A program made the translations under genes and the position numbers. This document shows positions 13,782 to 26,609 of a stretch of 64,000 bases of DNA, piece after piece. The stretch is from Camelus dromedarius. Its lineage: Eukaryota. Every line of letters starts with the position of its first letter. Within the stretch, counting starts at the first letter, position 1. The notes under the pieces are model-generated. The model ran no database searches. It was not told where the DNA came from and was given only the letters and a program-made list of their open reading frames with translations. The stretch is from the NCBI RefSeq assembly GCF_036321535.1, contig NC_087437.1, positions 82,772,001 to 82,836,000 on the forward strand, in the 5' to 3' direction.

Positions 13782-14606
13782 GTATGCAGCTTGTTTTTAA
13801 ATCAGTTTGGAAACAGTGTGGAGAAAAACGTAACATTCACTGTTTAAGGTGTAGAATTATGAACTTCTTTGCATTTTTTTTCAAGGACCTTTTACATTCT
13901 GTAGGTATCATCAGTGACAATTCATATTGTCTTCTAAATACAGTTTTCTTATCATTTATTAGCTACATCAAGTCCATGAAGACAGTTTTTTTAAAAAGAT
14001 ATTTAGAGGCTATTCACTCTACCTTTCATGAACATTAGCCACCTCTTGTATTCACTTGGTTTGGGAAAATAAAGGTGGGGTGGGTGTATTTCATATGATA
14101 GAATGGAATGAGATCCACAACTATGAAAATGATTCCAGGAACAGGAGAAAATCTTGATAGGTAAAGAACAGCTTAAATTCTCTACACACAGACTATATTC
14201 ATGTAGATATGAATGTTGGCAAGTAACTTTCAGAAGAGAATATGTGATTACAGTTGGGATTTGAGTGTAGTATTTTAACGTATCTTTAAACATGCCTCAT
14301 TTGTTTCCTTTGTTTTCCATTAGGACACAGATGGTGGTAAAATTTTCATTCTGGGCCATGTAAAACTCTAATTTCTCTAAATGGACAGCTGCCATAAGCT
14401 TGCATGAATGGCTAAGAGTTTGTTCACTTGGAGAGAATTTCAGTTTAATTATATACACTGTTGCAGTTACTATTAAAATCTGGGGGCTGAACAGCATGGC
14501 TCTCTGTTGTGGATAGTATTTTGTAGATTATTTAACTAATTCCATGCATATGTGACTACCTAACAGTATCTAGAGTGAGTGGATATATTTATATTGTGAT
14601 ATATTG

Positions 14607-14632
14607 TATATATATATATATATATATATATA
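14607..14632. repeat. (TA)13 microsatellite
   Basis: Direct reading. Confidence 0.92.
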
Positions 14633-17600
14633 GCGTTTTGTTAATGTTATTTATATATGTGTGAATAATAGCAAATGACAAAAAGACCAAATTAAATCCT
14701 GAATTACCTTATGTCTGGTAATTGATTTTGGGGAAATAAAACCACTTCCACTGTTTCAAATTAAACAGTAAAACAAATAGTTAAATTTTGTCATTAGATC
14801 AGGTTGTTTGTATCTGAGCATCTTCCATATGAGTCCTAGATAAAAAGGAAATCCATGATTTTGTGTTACTACATGACTTTTTGTGACTTAATAATTTATA
14901 TCTTTTACCAAGACCTGCCCTGACCCTCCATTTTAGACAAATCAGTAGTGTCCAATATACTGATTATACTTATCAAAAGTGAACTCGCATATTCTCAGAT
15001 CTACAAATGGGAACTCAGCTTTGATTTAAAGGGATTGCTAGTAAATAATGCCAGAAATATGGTGAAAAAGATGTCCTATTCAAAAATTCTATGAGCACTA
15101 GGCATGTACCGTCCTTCAAGATTGAAAGAAAAAGTACTTAGCTAGGTCAGCGAAATTATATTCTCCTTTGTTTCTCTCCTAGGAGTTATCTTGGTCTGCC
15201 ATCAGTCCTTCAGAAAATTCTCTAACATGTTCACTTTTGTGCAGTATGTTAACCAGGAGCAAAATGATAGTGTATGTCAGTCAAATATAAAGCATTACTT
15301 CTCTTGGTTTTAAAATCTGATGATTGATGCAGAAGCTCATGGCAAGTCAGGTTAATCTGAACAATATATTATTTCCTTTTAGTCCACAATCTGTCATTTC
15401 ACAAACCATGGTGAATAGAATGCCCCAAATAAAAAGATCTGCTTAAATGAAAACGTGTAATATACTCTCATTTATATCTCATGGTGTTGAAAGGCAGGTT
15501 AACATTAGCTAGTCTGTGAATGTGATATGAAGGGGATGATATACTTCTTCATTTTAAAAACCTTAGGTATTTCTTTTCAACATTGAATTTCCAAAGCTTT
15601 ACAATTATTTAAAAAAAATTAGTTCCTATTTTACTGACTTACTAAGTTTAAACAGTCTAAATTAAAATTTAATTAAAGGATCCAAAAGGAATCATTGAAA
15701 GAAGTAACCTGCACTTTAAAAAAGAATCCCTATTTCTAGTCTCTTGGTTCTTAGAAAATAAAAAGTAGAATTATTTTATTATTATTCTCTTGTCTGAGAT
15801 GTCAGCTGCCTGGATGATTCCAAATTTTCTAGCTTGCTACAATCACCTTTTCCTTTAATACTTAAATAAAATTGTTAAAATATCTTGACTTACCTAGGGA
15901 TGGAAACCTAGTTTCTTGCTAAGAAGTCGGGGGGTGGGGGGGTCATGGAGGTTTAATTTTCTCCAAACCTCTGGTTCCAGGAGTCTCCTGCTTTCTCTGA
16001 ATTTTTTAATCTCTGCTGTCATTTCACCTCCTGAGGAGGTGGTCCTTTTCTTATTGAGTCAATAAGCTGTATACAAACCTGATTGTCCCCCACCTAACTT
16101 GTGTGGGCCCCTCCTTTCCCCAAAGTTTCACCCAATCTACTGACTACAGTAAACTTAGTGGAGAATTTGGAAGGAAGTCAGGGTAGAGGTGGCATATGCT
16201 GCTAACCACTAGACTTATTTATTAGACTGTCACTATCTTTCAAAGCATCTTTGCATTCCAACCACTGGGGAATTTTCACTACTTGCCCCTCCTCAGCTCC
16301 AGCTTCTGTTCACATCGCTGGCCAGCTTTATCTCGTCTGACCTCCCCCAGCTCCTTCCTGATAAAGTCACCCTCCCCCTCCAAGGTCCCGTTTGCTTCTT
16401 CACAGAACCTCTTCTTCCAGCCCCAGTTCCTAAAGGCATTGCTGGGTTGGGTTAGGGGGTCTGAAGCACACCCTTTAAAGCATGCTTTTGCTCAGCACAG
16501 ACACTGCTCTCCAGAGAGGAGTTCTGTAAACATCAGTTTTTGTTTCCTCTCCCCGCTACACTAGGAAGTGATTTAGGAATTAAGGACTTAGAATTAGGCT
16601 GTGAGATGAAAGGGAGCCACAGACAATGAGAATTTGGAAGAGCTGTCAGTTTTGAAGCATATAGTGAGCTCTAACCATCTTCTGTTACAGATAAGGAAAC
16701 TGAGGCCTAAAGAGGTTAGAGGTCATACAGCACTTTCAAGTGCAAGTTGGATATAACTGTCTGGTCCAGAGCTGTTTCCACGAATTCATGAGACCACTCA
16801 GTTTCTCAGAAGCCAAACAGCATTTCATCTCTGTATGTCTCATTCTGGACTGTGTTGCCAGCAGGGGTCCCAGAGGAAAAGAGAGCAGGAGAGGCACGCA
16901 GCGACTGCACACCGAAATCATAGTATTGCAAATACTCTGGCATGTTCACCCTTCAGTTTTTCGTTCTCTGCTAACCTTTCATGTATAATTAATTCTCTCA
17001 TTTCTAGACACTAATGTTGGTTATGGAGGGCAGTTTTCATGTTTTTACTCAAATCCTGGGCAGCTTTCATCAGAGATAACATCCCAAGCTGAAGCCTTCT
17101 TGTTCTGACCCACAAGAAAGTGAATTGGTTAAATTTCATATGCTCCTAGGAAAACCAAGGGGAAGGGGTCGGGGAGAAGAGGGGGAAAGAGAGAGAGAGA
17201 GATGGTTTGTAATCGAGGAAGGGGCAAATGGAAAATAATCACAGTCAGCCGTGTTGCTGAAATATGCCAAGAAAAAATATTTAACATTATTATCCACTAG
17301 TAAAAGTCAATGTCTTCTATAATAAATTAGGTCCCTAACACTTCTGTCTTAAATTTGCTATAACAGATGCCTAAAGAAATAATTTATAAATACTGAGAAT
17401 ATATGAGTAATAAACCTGAGAGCGGGATTTGACTGACACGACTAAATGAAAGAAGCTTACAAGATAAAAAGAAAAATGTATTTGAACCACTTCTGTTCAT
17501 GGAAATGAAGAGAGTCTCCTCAGCAGAATTCAGACATTTAGCCACAATTTTGATTGTAAACATTTGTCCAAACAGTCAACAGGACAAAGAAAGGCTCCTG

Positions 17601-20600
17601 TGAGAACAGTAACCAGATCTTAGGGCTCTGGTCTTTGAAGTTTGAAATATTTCCCTAGAACTGCCACATTCTTCTTTCTCCTATTCCACTGGAAGATCAC
17701 AAAAGTAAATTCTCATTTGTTCCCTCTTTCTGCTATCCTGCCAAAAATACAGTCACTGATAAAGCCCACCAGTGATTCATAACATACCATCATCCCAAGG
17801 TTCCCAGTATAAATGCCATATTAAAGGAGCCTCTTCTGTTTTATTAATGCTTAACAGACATTTAATAGCAATGATGGTGCCAATGATTCTTATTGTATCA
17901 TACCATCAAATCCCAGATGTTTCTGTACAGACAGAAGCAAAGACACCAGCCTCCAGGTTCTTTTCCTCCATCTTATTTCCTTAGCAGTGGCTGAGCTGGG
18001 GTTCATTTGAAAGCAGACATAATGGGATGGAACCATTCATTTCACATTTCTCCTTTTCTCTAGAGATCAACTCCATTTTTTTCTATTCCTCCACTCATTA
18101 TCAATTAAGAGAAGAAAGAAACAATGAGAAAAAGAGGAAGAGAGAGAGGACAAAAAGGGGATGAAAGTCTGGGAATTAAAATTTAAGTTGAGAATCTATA
18201 TGTTTACGTTGCTTAGCATGGAATAAAACATAAATACGTGAAAATAATACATATTTTAATTTTCTGGTATATTATATATAACTACCCCAGGTATTCCCTT
18301 CCTAAAGCCCTAGTCTTCCCCAGAGCCTTCATCCAAAGCACTAATTCATTTACCAGTCAATGAATAGAGTCCATCGTGACTGCTTCAAGTTCTAGTGCGT
18401 GTCAATGAACTCCTGTGCAGTGAAGACACTGCTCCGTTTGTGTTTTCTTTGTTGGTCTTGTCCTCAAGGAAAACTCCAAAGAACGCATCTTTTTGAGACT
18501 GTAGGAAGGAGCTGGGACCTGGGCTTCCATTGTGGAAGCACTTTAGCTTCTGGGGGGTCTCTGGCTGCTATGAGGATGGCCTCCTTCAGACCTCCCCACT
18601 TTGGGTCTTGATTAGAATCCTCAGTTCTGACCCAGCCCAGTCATCTGGGTCCTGTGGGTTAATGGTTCTGGACAAATACTGCTCCCACTGCCTTAGCAGC
18701 TGTCAACCCCCAAGCACACCAAGTCCCAGAGGCAAGGAAGGTGACAAGAGTTGGCCAGAGCAGCATGCAGGCAGTGAGAAAGATAAGATAAACAAGAATT
18801 CCACTTTTCCCAGGCTCTGTCCTAGAAATGAGTGCCTGTTGTATCCACTGGTGTGAGGTCTTAAAAGATTTTGGTCATCTTAGAGCAGTCTTCTGTCACT
18901 GTATTTGCAACTCAGTAGAGTAATAATGATCAGAAGTGGGGAGAAACAGAATGAACCCTCTCCCACATCTGTGCTATAACTATAATTACCTTGTTCGGAC
19001 AGCAGTGGTGTCCAAGATGTTCTCTAGCCAGAGTTCCATACTCTGTATTTCCAAAGCAAAACCCAGGAAGCTGAAGCATAAGAATACATATAGAAATTGT
19101 CAAATGGTATTAGCCACCAAGAACTGGCTCTTCCTGGCTCCAGTGTTGCTCTTACTCCAATCCATCCCTCACACACGTACCTGTTTGGTTGAGCTTTCTA
19201 AAATAAAAATTTGATACTATCACTCTTTCTTAGAAACTTTTAGTTTATTCTCAGCGTTACAGAATAAACTTCTGACCTCTTTGCCTGCCTTAGATCCTGT
19301 CCCTACCCACTTTTTCACACTAGTCTCCAGCTACTCCCACTAAGTCAGCAATAGGTAACCCCGTTCAGCTCCATCAACACCATTCACCATGGTGCCTGGG
19401 AGCCAGCCTACTTTGTCTCTGGCCTGAGATCACCTTCCTCACTTCGTCCCCTCATTCAAGACCCAGCTGGAGTTTCATACTTCCCCTGATGGGTTCCTTG
19501 AACTCCTTCCGCTGTGGTATTGTGATGCCTGTTCATGCCTCCAACGTGGCTCCATAGCAATGGATTTGTTTACTTGTTCACCTCCCCCACAGAACGTAGG
19601 CTCCTCTGGTTGCATTTTGTATGCTCACTTTCTACATTAGGCCTAAAGCATAGTAGGGTTTAATAGGCATCCAATAGATGCTTATTAAGGTAGATGGGTT
19701 TAATGTATGAGGGGCCGGCAGGGGAGATGAAAAGGTGACCTCCAAAGTCCTTTCGAACTCTTGAATTTTCACTTGAGGATATCAGTCCCTTCCATAGTTT
19801 TGAAATCACATCTACTTATGACCCTCACCCATAACTTCAAGAGACTCCTCAACCTGAGCTTTAGACTAAAATGGGCACCTGTCTGTTTTATAACTTCACA
19901 TACTAACTGACATCCCAAATTCAGTTATATCCAAAATTTACTCACTTGCTCACACAACCTGATCCACCTTTCCAGGTTCCTGTGTTGATTAATAATACCG
20001 TTGTCTTCTTAGGGGCCCATGTTAAGAACATCCAGGATGGCACCTTTCTCCTAAAACCAACCACTGCCTAGTTCTGTGGATTCCCCTTTCCCGAGACCAG
20101 TTCTTTCTGTCATTCCATCCCCTTACAGTCTCCATCTAATTACTTGTTACTCTGATTACCATTTATTTTATTTCCGACTTGCATGATGTATTTCCATCTC
20201 TGCCCCAATACAAGATCCTGAGAGAATTTTGTGTTATGGCTGCAAATCCTACAACTTTTAACAGGTAGAGAGCAGGTGTTCAAGTCTTGGTAGAATGGCT
20301 GAATGAATGTCAGGATGTTATGTTTAACTGCTTTAGGGGCATGGATCTTGTTATATACTTTACTATATGGTGGGGAGGGGCTGTTGCTCCCCATATAGTA
20401 AATATAATAAAAGGCACAGGAAACAGGAAATATGTATATTTTTAAAACTGAACACTGTATCTGTTATTGTAACTCAGAGTTGCTGCAACAACTGGCTGTA
20501 GTTTTAATAAAAAACACGTTCTGCTATTAAAAAAAAAAAAGTCTCTTTGACTGAGCTCCCAGCTAAAACTAGCCAGGATCCAGGTTTCCCACCCCTTCCA

Positions 20601-21361
20601 GTGGCCTGATGTGCGGCGGGGGAGGAGCAATGAGCCAGCTGGTCCTGAGGAGCAGGGAGAGCGGGATGGGGGAAGTCCCGGAAGTCATTGACCAGAGCAA
20701 GCGGCCGCCTCAGCGGGATCTGCTCGGGCTGCGGTCCCAACAATAACAGGCGCGCGGGCCGGGCGGGGCATGCCGGGGGCCCGAGCTTGGGGGCGGAACC
20801 CGGATTGGGGGAGGCGGGTGGGACGCTTCTCAAGGCCGTAGGGGATTGGAAGAGAGAGATGAGGGGCGGTGGCGCTCGAGGAGTGGGCCGGGGAGCTAAC
20901 GGGTCGACCGCGGAGAGGACGTGTTGATTGGGTGGCTCAGAGGGAGACGGACCAGAGCCGACCGCGGATTGGCCGTGACGAGCCGTGAAGGCGTGGCCGG
21001 CGCGCGCGAGAGGGAGCGCGAGAGAGCGGGTGGCCGGCCTGCCTGCCAACTGGCCGGAGCCCCGGGCGAGCGCGGCGGGCAGGGGTCGGGTTGAGGAACG
21101 CGGCGTGGGAGGCGCGTCCCCTAGCTCCGCCGCAGCCTCCCTCCGCGGCTCGAGCACCGCGCTTCCTTCCCTCCCCTCCCCTGCGCTCCGGCCTGGGGTC
21201 TCGGGGCGGGGAGCGGAGGGAAGGGACGAAGGAGGAGGAGGCGAAAGCGGAGTGAGGGGCGGAGGGGGTCCCGGCGCGGGGCGAAGCGCGCTCTGCCTCT
21301 CGCTCTCCCGCCTTAGCCGCCGCCTTCTCGCCCGGTGCCGCGGCCCCGGGGCGTCCGCACT

Positions 21362-21409
21362 ATGCAGGCGGACTGCCGGCCGCCGCTATGGCGAGCCGGG
21401 CGGTGGTGA
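21362..21409 (+). promoter_or_regulatory. Out-of-frame upstream ORF overlapping the DCBLD2 start ([15 protein letters not shown])
   Basis: ATG at 21362 (cactATGc, -3 A) is 26 nt upstream of the main ATG; TGA at 21407-21409. The ORF is in the sequence; its translation is untested. Confidence 0.6.
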
Positions 21410-21604
21410 AAGCGGGGCACAGCCCTCATCGTTCCCTAGTCCGGGCCGTGGCCGCCGCCCCCGCCCCCGCCCGGGCCGCGCTCCCCCTCTCCCGTTCCTA
21501 CCCCCTCCCTCCCCGCTCCAACTCCTCCTCCTTCCCCATGCCTCTGTGCCTCCTCCTCTTACTTATCCTGCTCCTGCTGCTGGAGGACGCCAGAGCCCAG
21601 CAAG
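21388..21604 (+). CDS. DCBLD2: DCBLD2 coding exon 1: ~70-aa signal peptide plus start of the mature protein
   Basis: ATG in strong context (gctATGg) inside a CpG island. Translates [72 protein letters not shown](G), recognisable as the DCBLD2 N-terminus. Ends at consensus donor CAAG|gtgagt; 217 nt, phase 1, compatible with exon 2. Confidence 0.96.
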
Positions 21605-22914
21605 GTGAGTGGTTCCGGAGGAGTGCGCGGCGCGCGGAACCCCAGGAGCGGGGGAATCCTTCGGGGCGCCGAGGCGGGGGGCCTTTAGCTGAATCTGCAT
21701 ACGCGCAGCGGAGGTGCGGTGCGCTTCGGTGCGTGGCCGGACCTGGCCCCGCTCTCCCTGGGTTGAGTTGCAAAAGTGGGCTCTGCCTGTTATCCCCCAA
21801 GTTAGCGCGACTTGACTTTTTGGAAAGTCCATTCATTTTTCTGAAGAGGAAAGTGAGACCCTGCTGTGGAGGCCTCCTTTTGGGTATTGGATTCTGCTTC
21901 TGGGAAAAGTCTTTGAGAGTCAAAAGCGAAGTCTTGGATATGTGATCTCTAAAGTTAAGCTGATTCGTTGTAAGGACAGAGTAGGAAGGCAAGGTAATTA
22001 AATAACACGTTAAACCTGTTAAAGGCAAGTGGCGGTCATTACCATCTTTAAAGTGCTCAGGTTCAAAACCGAATGAAATTGATTATCTTTTGAGTCTTGG
22101 ATTTAGATCATGCCCTTTGCAGTTTCTGCCTATTCAGGATGGTGATATAGATTGCCTGGGTCAGACACTGGGTCTGGGACCCAAGGCAGCGTGCTGTGTT
22201 AAAACTGGAGCGTTCTGTGTTAAAAGGAAAGTGACAAAACTTTTCTACCTACAGTTCTTGAAAACCCTATTCCAGAAGCGAGCAAAACAGTTTAGTGAAT
22301 AATCATCATAATGTAAAGAGAATGCAGCGCTGATCCCCCCCCACCCCTTTAGTACTATTTTCAGACAGCGAACAGCAGTTTTTGAAACAGTTTGGAATCG
22401 GTTATTGAACACATTTTTCCATTGTATTTCCCACTTTATTGCAGCGAGAAGGATAAGGATTGGATTGTTACTTATTGCTGGGAAGGTTTTTTTTTTCCCT
22501 TTCTGTTGATCACGTTTAAGTTTAATGTTGCATTTATAATGGTTTTCAGTAAAGTATGGAATCATGGCTATAAGCCTGTCATTATGAAGATGCTGAAACT
22601 TTTGATAGGCATGTGGAAATATAATCTAACTATGAGGAAAGAATGTATTTGGTAAACTGACCTCTTTCAGATCTAGGCGCCCATTTCTACAATGTAACTT
22701 ACAAATTAGATGCTTTATTAGCATTCAGGTTTTCTTTAGGTCATCTTCTTAAACGGATTCTTGAACATCAGCATTTAATAAATTAGAGTGTGAAATCCTT
22801 TCCTCCATTGAAGTTTTAGAGCCTATGCTTGTGTTTTCCTCTTGGTAGAAAGAAAAAATAAAATGGGCTTATTTACGGCTAACGCTGATTGATTGGGTCT
22901 GTCTTTGTGGTCGG

Positions 22915-23040
22915 CACAGCCCTAAGTGATTTATGTCTATTAACTCACTTAATCCTCACCACAGCCATCTGAGATAAGTATTGTTATCCCATTTCAAGCA
23001 TAAGGAAACTGAGACATGCAAAAAATAAGATACCTTGATA
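22915..23040 (-). mobile_element. MIR SINE
   Basis: taactcacttaatcctcaccacagcc...tatcccattt...aggaaactgagac. Confidence 0.7.
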
Positions 23041-26000
23041 AAGAAGGAAATGTAACTACATTAGCAGAGTACTGTTTTGCTTATTTCTAAATCTGAAAGA
23101 GTTTATATCATGTTTAAAGAAATCTTTGAACAGTATAGAACCAGTTATAGGCCCTCCCCCATTCCAAATGTGACAATTGCCTTGTTTTTAGAATTTCTAA
23201 AGCCTGGTCTAATTAAACACACATTACCCATTTTTTTAAAGTTTAATTTCAGTTTTTACGGAAGCATTTTAACAAGTAGCATATATGGTTCTCTTTCACA
23301 ATGTTATGTTTTATAAACATCAGTGTGGATTAACAAAAATAGAAGTGATGCTGGTAATTTAAAAGACCTGATTTCTAGTTCTCCTAAGTTGGGTAAATTT
23401 TGCTAGGTCATTTAATTTATTTGTACCTCAGTTTTCTGCATCAGTGACATGAGAATACATACCTATTTCCTGTTTACTGAAAATGAAATGACAGTACACA
23501 GGAGTTCTGCGATGGGAAATAAAAGCATAATATAGCTATAACTGATAATCATTGTTAATCTTCAGCTTTTGAAATTGATAAAGTAAGGGCCTGTTAGGTC
23601 CCATATAATTCCTGAGTTATCATGTGTCACCTGAAAACTCAGGAATTAGATGGGATTTGAATTCTCTAATTTTTAAAAATTCTGTTTCTTACCCGAAGGG
23701 CCCTGATATTCAGCCTGTGGTTGAATTACTCTTAGTATTACTAGTTTAGCAGATGTGCTTTAGGGTCTGCTGGGATTCCTCACATAACCTAAAAAGAAAT
23801 CTGTTTTCAGAATGAGAAGCAGTGCTTTAAAACACCTATAGAATTTTCAATAATGGGAATGTCTACAATACTGTAATGTTAAGTTACGAGCTGGAGTTTT
23901 TATACTCTAAGAAGTCTTAGAAGACTGGCAGGAAATTATAATAAAGCAATAATGGTTGTTTTTTTTTTGATGATAGAGTTGTAGTTAATTTCTTTATGCT
24001 TTTCCAAGTGTTCTGCAGTTTACAAATAGGCAGAATAAAAAGTAAGCTGTGAAAAAATGTTTTGTGATACACAGATTTTTTTTTTTTCCTTAGCCAGCCT
24101 AGGTTGAAATGCATTTAATGTGTATGTTGAGGTAGAACTGTGCTTTAGAATTTTTTTTAATCTTTGAAACATCATTTTGAAGAAGCAGAAGATACTAGGC
24201 TCATTCCAGTTAATGCCATACATAGCTATTCCTCAGATTTTTCTGCTAAGTGATTTTTCTTTTTATTTGGCTCAAAATAAAATTTATCATTGGTCTGAAA
24301 AATTGTCAGCTTTTCACAGCAGAGATGTATTTTGACCAGTCTCATTTCATTAATATACGTATAAATTCTATTTATTCACATCCATTTAACTATGATGTTT
24401 TAGATAATGGCTTATATCTGTGTATTTTTGAGTTCTAAGTTTGATATTAAGTTCATCTTCGAAGTCTTTTATTGAAAGCATTTTTTTCCTGTAAAATGTA
24501 TGTCTTTCTAAAAAAAACTTAAATTGGTGGAACTTATTATGCTGATTGCACATTGTTAATGTAATAAATTTACTTAATAGGAAGTTGAGGGTCTACTGTG
24601 AATGAATTTATGTCTCTGCTTTGCATTATGAGGTAGGAATTTGTGACACCTCATCGCAGGAGCTCAGCTTCTTAATTTGTGTCATGGAGGGTTTGCCTAC
24701 CTTCTGACTTAGAATAACATTTAAATGTGGTAAAATATCAGAATTAATTTAAAAAATCCATTGAGACTGACTTGTTTATGCCTATAAATATGAAATGTTT
24801 GTGAAGGTAGTGCTTTTTGTTGGCTAATAAATCTATGAAACAAATCGTGTTCTTTCTTAAAAAGAATCATTCTGTTTCACAATGATATCTGAACTAACAG
24901 TGTGAAAAAAAATTTACGTTCTGTCAAGTAATGCCTTTATTTAGCTTGTGATGCAGGGAAATAGTTTTTGAACAGTATTTGTAAATTGTCAGAGATGAAG
25001 AACATATCTCCCTCTGCAAAGAACATTTGAAATTATTACTAATATTGACATTAGGTTAATTTAGGATTTTCCATTATCTTTTTTTGGACTGATAAAACAT
25101 TAGGGCTTTTAAATATAGTTCTTGTTCAGAGACAAAAGTCAGAGAGCGTCCTTTTTTTGCTCTCTCTGATTAATTTTGCATGATGGAGGTTAGAAATAGA
25201 GCGCACATTCTGTATGTGTTAATGATCAGATTTAAAATCCACATTTCAAAAACTTGTAAATGAAAAATTAATAGTAAATTACAGGTTAATGATGTTTAGA
25301 TAGATTTCCCAGTATTATAAGAAAAGAGGAAATATTATTTCCCTCTGGACATAGTTAATAGTTTGAACGTATGAACTTCATTCTAGAAAAACCAAAACAA
25401 AAAACAAAAAAAAAAACTTAAAATAGTGAAATTGGTACAAGTGAAAGTACAAGTACTAGAATTAAAAAACAAGAGTTAATTAATTTCCAAAAAGAATCAG
25501 ATTACAGTATGGTGAGGGAAGGCTAGATTTACATAGAGTTAGATTTTTTAATTTGGGACTATACAAAATAAAGTAAACCGGTATATGAAAGTTCAGATGG
25601 TAATACTCAGTATTAATTGGATGCATGCAAATAGATCATTTCTACTTCTTGATTAGTTGGAAGTATGTGGAATGATGACATAAAATTATAAGGATTAGGA
25701 AAAGCTTTATAAAGATAGTGATACTTGCGAAATGTGGTTGTTGAAATATGAAGTGACACAACTTGGCAGTTTTTCTTGTGTGGCTCAGGGATTCAGTTTA
25801 CCTTATAACAACCTTATGGTCTTAGCACTTTATTTTAAACATATCTTACAGATAACAATTACATAACAGTTACTCAAAACCAAAAACTTAACTGTTATCC
25901 ACAATACTCCCCCCTAATCTGTAAATTTATAATTTTTGTCTTCCTTTTTATTCCATATTCACATACCTAGATAACCTTACATGGTTGTAATTTTGATAGG

Positions 26001-26609
26001 GTGATGTTATATTCTATAGACATATCATCTTAAAATTAATTTGCAGGCTGATTTAGCACACATAAGCATACTTGTAAAATACAGCAAGACAAACATTCCA
26101 AAATGTAAAAGTTTATCACAAGGCATTCATTATTTATGAAGTAATTACTCTTTTGTTCAGAGGTATTACATATTTTCTTTATTCCATTTGATTAAATTCT
26201 TCATTCAGAATAGGATCTTTGAGAAAGTATGTCAGTTCGACATATTAGCTTACAAACATACATACTGCTAATTTTCCAAATCATTATGTGGATTAAGTCA
26301 ATACACTCCATGAGGACAAAAAGTACAGAAATCAAATAAACTTATATTTAATGAATGCCAGTGTCCAGTGAAGCAGATGGAATATTGAGGTGTTCTTAAA
26401 AGGCTGCTCAAGCATCACCTGCTAGATCAGCCTGCACTCTGAAGGATACATAGTTGGAAGGAAAACTTCAGTTAGCCACTTGAATTATAGGGGAGACTCC
26501 CAGGTGCAAGCTTCCTCAACTGCTTTCTAAGGAGAGTAGGCCCAGAGTTCCTTGCGAGGCTTTTGTGGAGTAGAGTGCATGCAAGTTTGCAGTCAGAACT
26601 GAGTTGTTT

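Larger units (their letters stand above)
20612..21770. promoter_or_regulatory. DCBLD2: CpG-island promoter and 5' UTR of DCBLD2 (no obvious TATA; GC boxes and CCAAT boxes)
   Basis: Abrupt shift to very high GC and CpG density. Several GGGCGG boxes, ATTGG at 20804, 20845, 20927 and 20968, ETS motif CCGGAAGT at 20678-20685. The TSS cannot be determined from sequence. Confidence 0.93.

Noticed and set aside
13643..14038. 131-aa ORF
   Set aside because: Reads through the antisense SINE and AT-rich flank.
20761..20822. G-run cluster (possible G-quadruplex)
   Set aside because: Routine in CpG-island promoters; nothing specific supports a function.
20504..21157. 217-aa minus-strand ORF in the CpG island
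   Set aside because: Pro/Ala/Arg low-complexity translation expected from GC-rich, stop-poor DNA; non-ATG start and no recognisable domain.
20985..21608. 207-aa plus-strand ORF overlapping exon 1
   Set aside because: GTG start, Gly/Arg/Pro-rich and out of frame with DCBLD2; it stops at once (AGG TGA) whether spliced or not.
21498..22028. 176-aa and 89-aa antisense ORFs across the exon 1 donor
   Set aside because: Antisense shadows of GC-rich sequence with no homology recognised.
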